The notes beneath the pieces were generated by a model. That model had not been told where the DNA came from and ran no database searches. It saw nothing but the letters and a program-made list of their open reading frames with translations. A DNA stretch of 63,549 bases, filler included, from Welwitschia mirabilis (taxonomy: Eukaryota), in assembly GCA_051453625.1 (NCBI GenBank). It is 6 parts of one record of this genome, joined end to end, with 100 filler letters (N's around TTAATTAATTAA, not from the genome) between each part and the next. Parts side by side here need not be neighbours in the genome. Positions count along the whole stretch, not along the records: positions 52,443 to 58,644 come from JBOZIK010000001.1; positions 58,745 to 63,549 come from JBOZIK010000001.1; 4 more parts are not named here. One strand, written 5' to 3'. A program made the translations under genes and the position numbers. Below are positions 53,291-63,549 of the stretch, in pieces (position 1 is the stretch's first letter; the number at the start of each line of letters is the position of its first letter).

Positions 53291-54370
53291 CGTGAGTAGC
53301 TACGTTAACTCATCGTTATTATACATGTTCCAAAACATAGCAACAACAGAAGAAAAAGGAGGTCAAAAAATCCTTATAGTCCTTTCCATCTTTATCAGCT
53401 CATCTGCTTCTTAAGATTCTTCTTTAGAAGCCTCCCTTTTTTATCCCCTGCCATCCCCAATCACAAACCCTTTGCTACACCTATCATTCCCTACTAGCCC
53501 TATTCCTTTTCCTACCAATCAACTAATGGCTATCCTACCTCCTCGGTCTATCCAGGATAACTGCCTCGACTTTCTCATCTATAACCCTTTGCTAGCTAAA
53601 TACAATATGTTCCTTTAAGCTTAGAGCCCTCACTCTTCTTTGGCCCTAAAGATGCATATCACCACCTTCATCAAAGGACGACCCTTCTTGAAATCAATCA
53701 AGAAGACATCGCCTATAAGTCGTTTCTCCTTTATGTCAAGGGAGAGGCTCAGCTCTGGTATTTGCATCCACCTGCGAACTCCATCGGTTCCTGGAACGAG
53801 TTAACCTGAGCTTTTCTTTAGTAAGTTAGGGGTCAAATAGAACTAGAAATTCTATGCCAGTACTTCATGACTATTAGGGAAAAACACACAGACACAAGCA
53901 TTCAACAACCACTTTTAAATCATCTACAACCACCTTCCTGCATAGTACAAGCTATCTACGTTTCAAGTCATAGTTGTGTGCAAACGAACTTTAGACAGCG
54001 TGACTCATTCTTTTGAGAACAGAGGCCCAATTTTAATATTTTGGAGCATCTCATGAATGAAACCATACATCTGGAAAAGCTCATGCCAGTAACCTCTTAT
54101 GGTCATCCCAACCTGGTTCACCTTAGCCCCATCATCCCACCACTCCCAAAATTTCTCATTTACTGTTACACTCCTTTTAATGCTCCTAAACGGCACTCCT
54201 CTCCACTTCCTTAGCTCTGGTGCCTTCTTGTCCATGGCACCATCATCTTTATAGACTCCCTTTCTCGTCCCTAACCCCCCATCTACTACTTTTGAAAATT
54301 CCTTTTCCTCACATCTATCATTGAACCCTATCCCTCAGTCCCAAAATACATCCTCCACAAAGATGGATGT

Positions 54371-55501
54371 TGTTGGAAGAACCTGTTGTCATTGATTAAT
54401 TAACGAGTTTTGTGGAGTATGAAGTTATGCAGAGATTTTCTAGCACAGGTGACCGTAAGATTCATCCGAGCGACCGAACTGTCACTTAGATAAACACCCG
54501 AATGAAATGCAGGCGACCGGACTGCTAGTAAGATAAAAACCGGTTCAACCTCGGGCAACCGTGCTTCTCAGGTGGGGCGACCAGCTGTTAAACCAATTGC
54601 TGACTGAAGCAAGAGTGGGCGACTGATCATCGTGTCAAGGGCAACTGAACCGAATTCGGGATTTTCAGCCGACTAACAGTGAAGTTGACTGAAGACATAA
54701 ACAAGGGCGACCAAGTGCAGCCCAAACAAGAAACTGTTATCAAGCAGGTGACCAACCAATTATGCTTGGGCGACCTGTCTGTAAAACCGAGTCAGACAAG
54801 GTCGACCCCGATCTTTGTAAAGGCGTTTGATCGTTCAAAGTCACAAACTGTCAAAACTGAATCAGGAAAGGGCGACCAAACATTTTGGTAAGGGTGTCCA
54901 GATGCTAAGGGTGACCGAGATTTCTATGAGGTCGACCCAACGTCTTCCGATTATAAACATTGTACTTCCATGCTTTACAAGAAAAGGCGGAACGAGATTT
55001 CAAAAATCCGCACTTACCCTATGAACAGCTATTTCCGGTCGCTCTATTTAAATACCTGCTTCACAAAAGTGAAGGTCAACTATTTAGATCAAAAGAGACA
55101 AAAATCAAATACTATTACATGTACTGTATGCACTGTGCTTGGATCATTTGGTGATGAAAATTCTCCTGGACTCTCTCTTTCCAATCAAAGCTTGTCAGAA
55201 GCTTTCTTTGCATTTGTACTTGTAGATCAGAATTGTGCATCTGTGCACCACACTTCAATCCATTCTTTTGTGGTTGTGGATGAACTCTAAAATCCATTGG
55301 TGATTGTACAGGTTTTTGGTGAGCCTACAAACCAACTGTTAAAGTTAATCTATGCCAGCTAGAGACGTGGTATCTAAGAGCTGAAGGGTGATGACTCTCC
55401 AACATTAAAGCATTCTTTGATCTTTTGGTGGCAGGGCTTCAAAGCACATTATTATTTTATTTCAACCTATTCACCCCCCTCTAGGGTTGATCTGTTCTTC
55501 A
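54371..55501 (+). repeat. 5' LTR (1131 bp)
   Basis: TG...CA termini; many GGCGACC/GGTGACC motifs at 54448-54940; direct repeat of 59774-61159. Confidence 0.93.
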
Positions 55502-55566
55502 ATTGGTATCAGAGCTTTGGTCGAGCAATAGATCCTAACAGATCTTTGCTCCATCTATCATAGAAA

Positions 55567-58500
55567 ATGAGTCAGCCCTCTGAAGGAAATTCTGTTACAA
55601 GGCCTCCCTTCTTTGATGGAACCAACTATGGTTATTGGAAGGCTAAAATGAGGGCCTTTGTTCAATCTATAGAGCTTGAAATATGGGATTCCATTGCTAA
55701 TGGCTATTGTCTTCCTCCTGTACAGGACCCGATAACCAAGCTGACATCTCTGAAAAGCAAAGACAAGTAGACACCTAAAGAAAAAATTACAGCTTTGTGC
55801 AACTTCGAAGGCTTAAATGCAATCTTCTGTGGCATAGATCCAGAAGATTTCAAATAGGTAGTGAATTTTAGTATGGCTAAAGAAGCATGGGATATTCTGC
55901 AGACCGCTCACGAGGAACAAGCCTGGTGAAGCAGGCAAAGCTTCAGATGCTCATTACTCAGTTCGAAGATCTCAAAATGGAAGAGGACAAAGGTATAAAC
56001 GATTTTTTGCTAAACTAAAATATATTGTTAATTCTATGCGTGCCCTAGGTGAACTCATCAAGGAGTCAAGGGTAGTGCAAAAGGCATTGATATCCCTTCC
56101 TAAGAGATTTGAATTGAAAGTAACTGCCATCGAAGAAAGCAAGGACCTGAATATCATGAAGATGGATGAGCTCCAAGGAAACTTTCACACGTTTGAACTA
56201 AAATTTGGCAAACAGAACAAGAAACGTGTAGCATTGACAACTACACACGAAAACATCGAGATCAAAGAAGGATCCGATCAAGAACTAGAAAGTGAGGATG
56301 AAGTGGCTCTTCTAGCCAGAAGATTCAGGCGCTTAATACAACAAAGGCAAAATGGAGGTCAATCCAGAAGACCACCAAGAAGAAAGGATAAGGGACGACG
56401 AGATATCCAATGCTATTCATACAAGGGTTTCGATCTCACTTCGCATGTCTGCCCAAACAACAAAAAGGATGTCAAAAAAAAAGGGGGAAAAAAGTTTTGT
56501 CAACAACATGGGATGACAAAGAAAGTGAAAGCAAACCAAACTCAGATTCAAAAAAAGGTAGAATCTCTTTCGTGGCATTTGTGGAAGAAAAGGTATGCTC
56601 CTCACCCCCTATTAATTCTTTTGATAACAATGATATCCTTAGTGAAATAGAAGTAGAACTCTATGAAATGTCAAAATCTAGCCCTTAAGGTTAACAATCT
56701 AAAGAAAGATAACAAAAATCTGTTAGAGAAATTAGAGTCTAGAAAAAGGGAAATTAGAGATCTGAAAAGTAAACTTGAGTTAAATTCAAAGCAGTCTAAG
56801 GGGACATTGTCCGATAAACATTCTACAAGCTTCATCCACACTTGGTCAAATCAAGTGTCTTCTCACAAATCCTTAAACAAAGTCAATTCCAAATACTGGT
56901 TAGTGAACATCACCTACCATTATTGTAACAATAAGGGTCACTCAAAGATTGATTTGTATTTTTCGCAAAAACCGGTTCCCTCATTCCTTGCTAGGTTCTA
57001 AATTTGCTTTCTCTCCAAGACCCATTCAAAATACAAAAGATCACAAACACATGATGTGGATTCCAAAATCCTCAAACAAAAGCCTTTTAATTCAAACGGC
57101 TTTAAAGGCAACTAATCATACTTGTTGGTATCTTGATAGTGGTTGCTCAAGGCGCATGACAGGTGACAGGTCTAACTTCATCAAGTTCAAAGAGTATGAT
57201 GGAGGAGAGGTAACTTTTGGCGACAATGGGAGAGCTCAAATTGAAGGAATTTGAAGCATTGGTGGAGGTAATTTACCGAATATTAATAATGTTCTATTTG
57301 TGAATGGCCTCAAACATAATCTCTTGAGTATTAGTCAAATATGCGATACGGGTCATAAAGTTTCTTTTGATGCAAAAAAATGTACGGTCAAACATGGCAC
57401 GACTTATCAGCTATTGTTAGTAGCAACGAGACAACAGAATGTTTATTATGTAAATCAGTTAAGCGATTCTATTTGTCTTTCTTCTCATGTTCAAGAGGAT
57501 GTTCTCTAGCATCAATGTTTAGGACACATTAGCTTTGAAAATCTAAAGAAAATATGTCGTGGTGAGATTGTTAGAGGTCTTCCAAAACTTTCTNNNNNNN
57601 NNNNNNNNNNNNNNNNNNNNNNNNNNNNNNNNNNNNNNNNNNNNNNNNNNNNNNNNNNNNNNNNNNNNNNNNNNNNNNNNNNNNNNNNNNNNNNNNNNNN
57701 NNNNNNNNNNNNNNNNNNNNNNNNNNNNNNNNNNNNNNNNNNNNNNNNNNNNNNNNNNNNNNNNNNNNNNNNNNNNNNNNNNNNNNNNNNNNNNNNNNNN
57801 NNNNNNNNNNNNNNNNNNNNNNNNNNNNNNNNNNNNNNNNNNNNNNNNNNNNNNNNNNNNNNNNNNNNNNNNNNNNNNNNNNNNNNNNNNNNNNNNNNNN
57901 NNNNNNNNNNNNNNNNNNNNNNNNNNNNNNNNNNNNNNNNNNNNNNNNNNNNNNNNNNNNNNNNNNNNNNNNNNNNNNNNNNNNNNNNNNNNNNNNNNNN
58001 NNNNNNNNNNNNNNNNNNNNNNNNNNNNNNNNNNNNNNNNNNNNNNNNNNNNNNNNNNNNNNNNNNNNNNNNNNNNNNNNNNNNNNNNNNNNNNNNNNNN
58101 NNNNNNNNNNNNNNNNNNNNNNNNNNNNNNNNNNNNNNNNNNNNNNNNNNNNNNNNNNNNNNNNNNNNNNNNNNNNNNNNNNNNNNNNNNNNNNAACTTT
58201 TGGAAGTAAGTGCTTCATCTTGAGAGATAGAGAAGATCTAGCTAAATTTGATTCAAAATCTGATGAAGGAATCTTCCTAGGGTACTCCCAATCGAGTAGA
58301 GCATACAGGGTGTTCAACAAATGCAATTCAAATGGAAGCATCTATCAATGTGAAAATTCATGATGTATCCGATTCAACAAAAGCTTCTGAAACTGATGAT
58401 GATTTAGTTCCTCCTTCCTTCTATTACAAAGATATCCCAAAAAGATTTTGGGCTGAAGCAGTGAACATAGCATGTCACATTTTACACAGAGTTTATTTGA

Positions 58501-59315
58501 GACCAGGAACTTCCAAAAGCACCTACGAACTATAGAAAGGGAAGAAACCCAACATCTCCTATTTTAAAACTTTTGGAAGTAAGTGCTTCATCTTGAGAGA
58601 TAGAGAAGATCTAGCTAAATTTGATTCAAAATCTGATGAAGGAANNNNNNNNNNNNNNNNNNNNNNNNNNNNNNNNNNNNNNNNNNNNTTAATTAATTAA
58701 NNNNNNNNNNNNNNNNNNNNNNNNNNNNNNNNNNNNNNNNNNNNGTTTGAAATGAGTATGGTTGGACCAGTTAACATGTTTTTAGGTCTTCAAATCCAAC
58801 AACATGATAATGGTCTTTTCATCAATCAGAAGAAATATTCTTCATGTCTTATCAAAAAATTTAGACTTGAAAATGCTAAGTGTGTGGACTCTCCAATGGC
58901 CACTAATATCAAGCTTTCTCTTGATCAAAAAGGTAAGGATGTGGATCAAAAATTATATCATATCATCATTAGAAGTCTCTTGTATCTAACAGCTAGTTGT
59001 CCTGACAAAGCATTTAGTGTTGGTTTGTGTGCCAGGTATCAAGATAAACCAAAATAATCTCATCTTACTACTACAAAGAGGATACTTAGCTATGTTAAAG
59101 GTACTCGTGATTTTGGGCTATGGTATCCAAGTAATACTTCGTTAAGTTTAACAGGTTATAGTGATGTGGACTGGGCTAGATGCAAAGATGATCGTAAGAG
59201 CACAAGTGGTGATTGCTTTTTTTTGGCAACTACCTTGCAACTTGGTATAGCAAGAAGCAATGTTCCATATCTCTATCCATAGTAGAAGGTGAGTACATAG
59301 TTACTGGGGCTTGCT
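55567..59315 (+). pseudogene. Copia gag-pol polyprotein, disrupted and gapped
   Basis: ORF-track fragments 55567, 56036, 56949, 57300, 58332, 58752 and 59213 fall in GAG-PR-INT-RT-RH order with stops and frameshifts. Confidence 0.9.
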
Positions 59316-59773
59316 NNNNNNNNNNNNNNNNNNNNNNNNNNNNNNNNNNNNNNNNNNNNNNNNNNNNNNNNNNNNNNNNNNNNNNNNNNNNNNNNNNNNN
59401 NNNNNNNNNNNNNNNNNNNNNNNNNNNNNNNNNNNNNNNNNNNNNNNNNNNNNNNNNNNNNNNNNNNNNNNNNNNNNNNNNNNNNNNNNNNNNNNNNNNN
59501 NNNNNNNNNNNNNNNNNNNNNNNNNNNNNNNNNNNNNNNNNNNNNNNNNNNNNNNNNNNNNNNNNNNNNNNNNNNNNNNNNNNNNNNNNNNNNNNNNNNN
59601 NNNNNNNNNNNNNNNNNNNNNNNNNNNNNNTCTCTATTGGTTAATATAGCTCTGCTTCTTTTTCTCTAGTAAAACTCGTTTCAATATAACTTGATTGTCC
59701 AATTATACGATTAAGGGGGAGCATGCATTTTTCAAAGTATAGTTTTTCCTCAATCAATGACAAAGGGGGAGCT

Positions 59774-61159
59774 TGTTAGAAGAACCTATTGTCATTGATC
59801 AATTAACGAGTTCTGTGGAGCATGGAGTTAATTCATTTTGTAGAGGTTTTCTAGCACGGGCGATTGTAGAATTCATCTGGGCAACCAAACTATCACTTGG
59901 ATAAACAACCGAATGAAATGCGGGCAACCAGATGTATAACTCAGGCGATCGGACTGCTAGTAAGATAAAAACCAGTTCAGGCTCGGGCAACCATGTTTCT
60001 CAGGTGGGGCGACCGACTGTTAAACCAGTTGCCGACTGAAACAAGAGCGGGGAATGGATCATCGTGTCAAGGGCAACTGAACCAGATACGGGATTTTCAG
60101 CCAACTAACAATGAGGGTGACCAAAGACGTAAAGAAGGGCAACCGAGTGCATCCTAGACAAGAAACTGTTATCAAGCAGGCGATCGACCAATTATGCTCA
60201 GACGACCTGTCTATAAAACAGAGTCAGACAAGGTCAACCCCTAATCTTTGTAAGGGCGGCTGATTGTTCAAAGTCAACGGACTGTCAAAACCAAATCAGG
60301 AAAGGACGACCGAACATTTGGATAAGGGCGGCCGGATGCTAAAGGCGGTCGAGGTTTCTATCAGGTCGACCCAATGAGTTCCAATTATAATCGTTGTACT
60401 TCTACGCTTTACAAGAAAAGGCGGAATGAGATTCCAATGGTCCGCACTTGCCCTATGAATGGCTATTTCCAACCGCTCTATTTAAATACCTCCTTCACAA
60501 AAGTGAAGGTCAACTATTTTGATCAAAAGAGACAGAAATCAAATACTGTTACATGTATTGTATGCATTGTGCTTGGATCATTTGGTTATTAGAATTCTCC
60601 TGGACTCTCTCTTATTATCATGAATCTAAGAGAAATTGTTTTTAGATGTGAGTTGCACAGAATTCACAAAGCTTACATTTATACTGTTGGGCCTAAAAAT
60701 GTAACTGCTCAAGATATAATACTACCGCCTTTTATCCAAATTGTCGATAGTACCCAACATATAGCTAGTATCACTAAACCAATTCATTTCCATGTAACTT
60801 TAAAAATTGAAAAAAATTGGGGAGAGACAACACTCAAGCTTGTCAGAAGCTTTCTTTGCACTTGTACTTGTGGATCAGAATTGTGCATCTGCGCACCACA
60901 CTTCAATCCATTCTCTTGTAGTTGTGGATGAACCCTAAAATCCAATGGTGATTGTACAAGTTTTTGGTGAGCCTGAAAACCAACTGTTGAGGTTAATCTA
61001 TGCCAGCTAGAGACGTGGTATCTAAGAGCTAAAGGGTGGTGACTCTCCACCATTTTTGATCTTTTAGTGGATTGTTTTTATTTTATTTGTAGGGCTTCAA
61101 AGCACATTATTATTTTATATCAACCTATTCACCCCCCTCTAGGGTTGATCCGTTCTTTA
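59774..61159 (+). repeat. 3' LTR (1386 bp including the plastid insert)
   Basis: Follows PPT aaagggggag; colinear with the 5' LTR apart from 60614-60830 and small indels; terminal CA mutated to TA. Confidence 0.93.
60614..60830 (+). pseudogene. rpoA: Plastid-type RNA polymerase alpha subunit fragment (NUPT) inside the 3' LTR
   Basis: Absent from the 5' LTR. Translates IIMNLREIVFRCELHRIHKAYIYTVGPKNVTAQDIILPPFIQIVDSTQHIASITKPIHFHVTLKIEKNWG, matching plastid RpoA (ILMNLKEIVL...GP..VTAQDIILPP.V.IVD.TQHIA..T.PI.....L.IE...G). Confidence 0.9.
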
Positions 61160-63438
61160 GATGCCTCTTCCAACTCAGAAGCAGCAAAGAGATTAAAGCA
61201 TTAGGGTGCATGTTAAGAAATCTAACCTAGGACATGGAACAATTGAAGATTTTCCAATGGGGAAAAAGTCAAGAAAGAAATGGTCGACAAACCAAGAAGT
61301 GGTTTCCCAATTCGACACAAAATCCCAGGCAACAATGTATAAAGCCTCCCAAAGAAGATTCCAACATGATGTCCCTTCATGATTATTGCGTATTTCATCA
61401 TACTGCTAATTAATCTGGTGAAAACTGTTAGGACCACCTTCGTATGCAACAGATCATGAATGCCTCTCGTAACTCTATAGTTTCCTCCCCTAACCCTAAG
61501 GGCACATATTACTTCAAGATCATGGATTTTTTAGGAAAAGTCATGATCGCCTCTATTCCCTGTGAAAGCGATAATGAGCCAATCTATTTGATAGAAGACA
61601 TAAGAGCCCTTCAAACCTCCATCCACACTAGGAAGGCTATGATGGCAAATAGAGAAGCCATTAGGCTTAAACCCCATCTAGGTGAAGAAAGAAACAAAAG
61701 GCCAAAAGAAAAGGAGAAAGAACAGGTTACAATGCCTATCACTCCTAGTAAGAATCCTACACCCTCTAACCAAGGTGCTTCCAATGACCCTTCGCTCCCT
61801 TCCAGAGATGAAAGATATCAGACATCAGTCCCGTCAAAGGGTGCCTCCAAGATGGTAGAAAAGGAGAAAAGGAAGGTCGTCCCATTCTATGACTTATCAG
61901 AAGATTTGAAGAAACGCAAGGCTAGCCTTTCCATCCTTGAGGTTCATCAAATGAGTGCAGACCAAAGAAAGAAGTTCATTCAGGCTTGTATGTCCACTGA
62001 TGCACGAAGAATAAAGGACTCATCTACAAAAATGAATGTAGCTAAGTTAGAAGCAAAGGCCACTATCTTCACTGCAAAAAAGAAGGTACTCCCTTTTCTT
62101 GTCAGTTGTCACTGTACGGATGTTTGGAAAGAATGTCCATAAATATCTTATCAATTCCGGAACCTCCAATAATATCCTCCCTCCCGAAGTAGCGAAACAG
62201 CTAGACTTCATCCTAGTAGAGTGCAGTAAATCAATAATGCACCTGGACCACACAAATGTTATGGTCCAAGTCATTTTGAAGGATGTTAAAGTACAATCAG
62301 CCTCAGACCTCAGAGGTAAAAGCATTACGGACTTCTGTGTTGTCAAATGTATGGCGCTTTACTAAGTCAAAGTTAGGCAGCTTGCCTCAATGCATATATA
62401 TTTTCCAACTACTCCCATATGTGGCTTCCCTAGAAGCGGGCATCCCTTATCAAATCCGCATTGAAAGAGAGCCCACCTAAAATACAATGTCACTACATAT
62501 AGTGGACCAAAGACAAACCTTGAGGAGCCTTTTAGAGAGTTTCAACATGGGTCCTATTTTCGTGACATCAAGGAGGGAACAGAAGGACTAGAAGGAGAAT
62601 ACAACCACTCAATAACTACGTCAGCTGAAGAAACATGGCCCATATTCTTTGATGGGGCCACAAACACATAGGGGAGAGGTATAGGCATAGTTCTCGAGTC
62701 GCCAAAAGGACATTGTATTCAGAAGGCCTTTAGAATAAACTTCCCCATAATAACACCACAGAGTATGAGGCCCTAATCCTGGCCCTAAACCAAACACTCC
62801 TAAAAAGGGTGAAGAAAGTCCACCTTTTCGAGGACTCAGAAGTTGTCATCAATAAGGTCAAAGGAGAATATCAAATGCATAATCCCATGTTGAAGGCATA
62901 CAAAGCAAGGGTCCTACACTTACTATATCGATTTAGAGAACAACCCCTCAACTGGATCCTATGAGGGAAGAATTCATTGGCAAACAAAGTTACAGCCTCA
63001 GCTGCCAAAGGAACCCTAGTAAATGACCCAGTAGCCAGAGGACTCCAAATCCTTTCCCCTTCAAAGCAATCTATCCAGACAACATTAAAGAGTTTCAAAT
63101 ATTCAAAGGAGATGATCAGATTCTCAGGTTCATACATAACCAGGAGGAATGTGAGAAACAAACTTTACATGAAGAGCAAGACTCAGGGAGTGATGAACAT
63201 TTCATGAAAGATGTTGTGTTGCAACTCTAAGCAACAAGATCCTTGCAGGTTTTATCCAACCCAAAAAAAAAAATTCCAAGCTAGAGCTTCCCTTCCCTTG
63301 ATGATGAACAAATGAGGAGATAGAAGAGATCAATCTGTGCTCCCAGCATGAGCCTAAGGTTATCAAGATCGAAAGAGCCTACTCTATCTAGAAGAGATAA
63401 GCTATCCTTTTCTTTAGCCAAGAATTCAAAGATGTCTT

Positions 63439-63549
63439 TGTTAGGATCACAAAGTACCTTAGAGGCGGGGAATGAATAGGGTTTTTAAAACTTTTAAACA
63501 ATCTTAAGATGAAATAATCAAATAGCTATAATAACAAAAGATGAAAAGA
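63439..63549 (-). repeat. SIRE LTR 3'-end, inserted at the start of Tat RT, truncated by window end
   Basis: tgttaggatcac...taccttagaggcggggaatgaatagggtttttaa matches 40387 and 32755. Confidence 0.85.

Larger units (their letters stand above)
54371..61159 (+). mobile_element. Two-LTR Ty1/copia SIRE-type element nested in Tat gag; defective
   Basis: 5' LTR 54371-55501; PBS TGGTATCAGAGC at 55504-55515; gag from 55567 (RPPFFDGTNYGYWKAKMR); protease WYLDSGCSRRMTG; integrase; RT; RNase H; PPTs at ~59713 and 59762-59771; 3' LTR 59774-61159; TSD GATGT (54366-54370) / GATGC (61160-61164). Confidence 0.95.
50084..63438 (+). mobile_element. Ty3/gypsy Tat-lineage element (5' LTR, tRNA-Asn PBS, gag, protease, aRH, start of RT) interrupted by three copia insertions
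   Basis: LTR 50084-53263 (TGTTG...CAACA); PBS at 53273-53290; gag motif KGEAQLWYLHPPANSIGSWNELT*AF (~53738-53815), resuming after 61159; protease LINSGTSNNILP (~62147); RNase H WPIFFDGA...GIGIVLESPKG...EYEALILAL...EDSEVVINKVKGEY (62636-63010); QEFKDVF at 63418-63438. Confidence 0.85.

Noticed and set aside
54448-54940. Regularly spaced short repeats that superficially resemble a CRISPR array
   Set aside because: Degenerate 7-8 bp cores inside a eukaryotic LTR, no constant repeat-spacer structure, no cas genes.
54679-55297. Overlapping ORFs within the SIRE LTRs (also 59799-60592 and 60784-61053)
   Set aside because: Frames are not consistently preserved between the two LTR copies and no domain is recognisable; only the rpoA insert is coding-derived.
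60620-60931. Functional chimeric RpoA-LTR protein of 103 aa
   Set aside because: Only an internal RpoA fragment reading through into LTR sequence, with no transit peptide or expression evidence.

Overview
Plant nuclear DNA from a draft assembly with many N gaps, almost entirely nested and mostly decayed transposable elements. The only intact host-gene sequence is six in-frame GT-AG exons of a kinesin-1 (KIN1/PSS1-like) motor domain on the minus strand (46899-48092). I could not find its neighbouring exons, so most of the window may lie in two very large TE-filled introns. Elements seen: several Ty1/copia SIRE-type elements (an old one at ~8131-18007, one with an extra env-like ORF at 25622-33785, a partial one at 40691-43447, a two-LTR copy with TSD at 54371-61159); Tork/TAR-like copia pieces; a Ty3/gypsy Tat element with a tRNA-Asn PBS and PR-aRH-RT domain order (TatI/TatII type, hinting at a non-angiosperm host); Athila-like remnants; a non-L1 LINE RT fragment; a hAT MITE with a perfect 8-bp TSD; and an orphan HSP70 C-terminal fragment. 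The most striking single item is a ~217-bp plastid rpoA fragment in only one LTR of the SIRE element that is nested in the Tat element. I found no demonstrably new biological system. All family assignments come from motif recognition by eye, with no database search.
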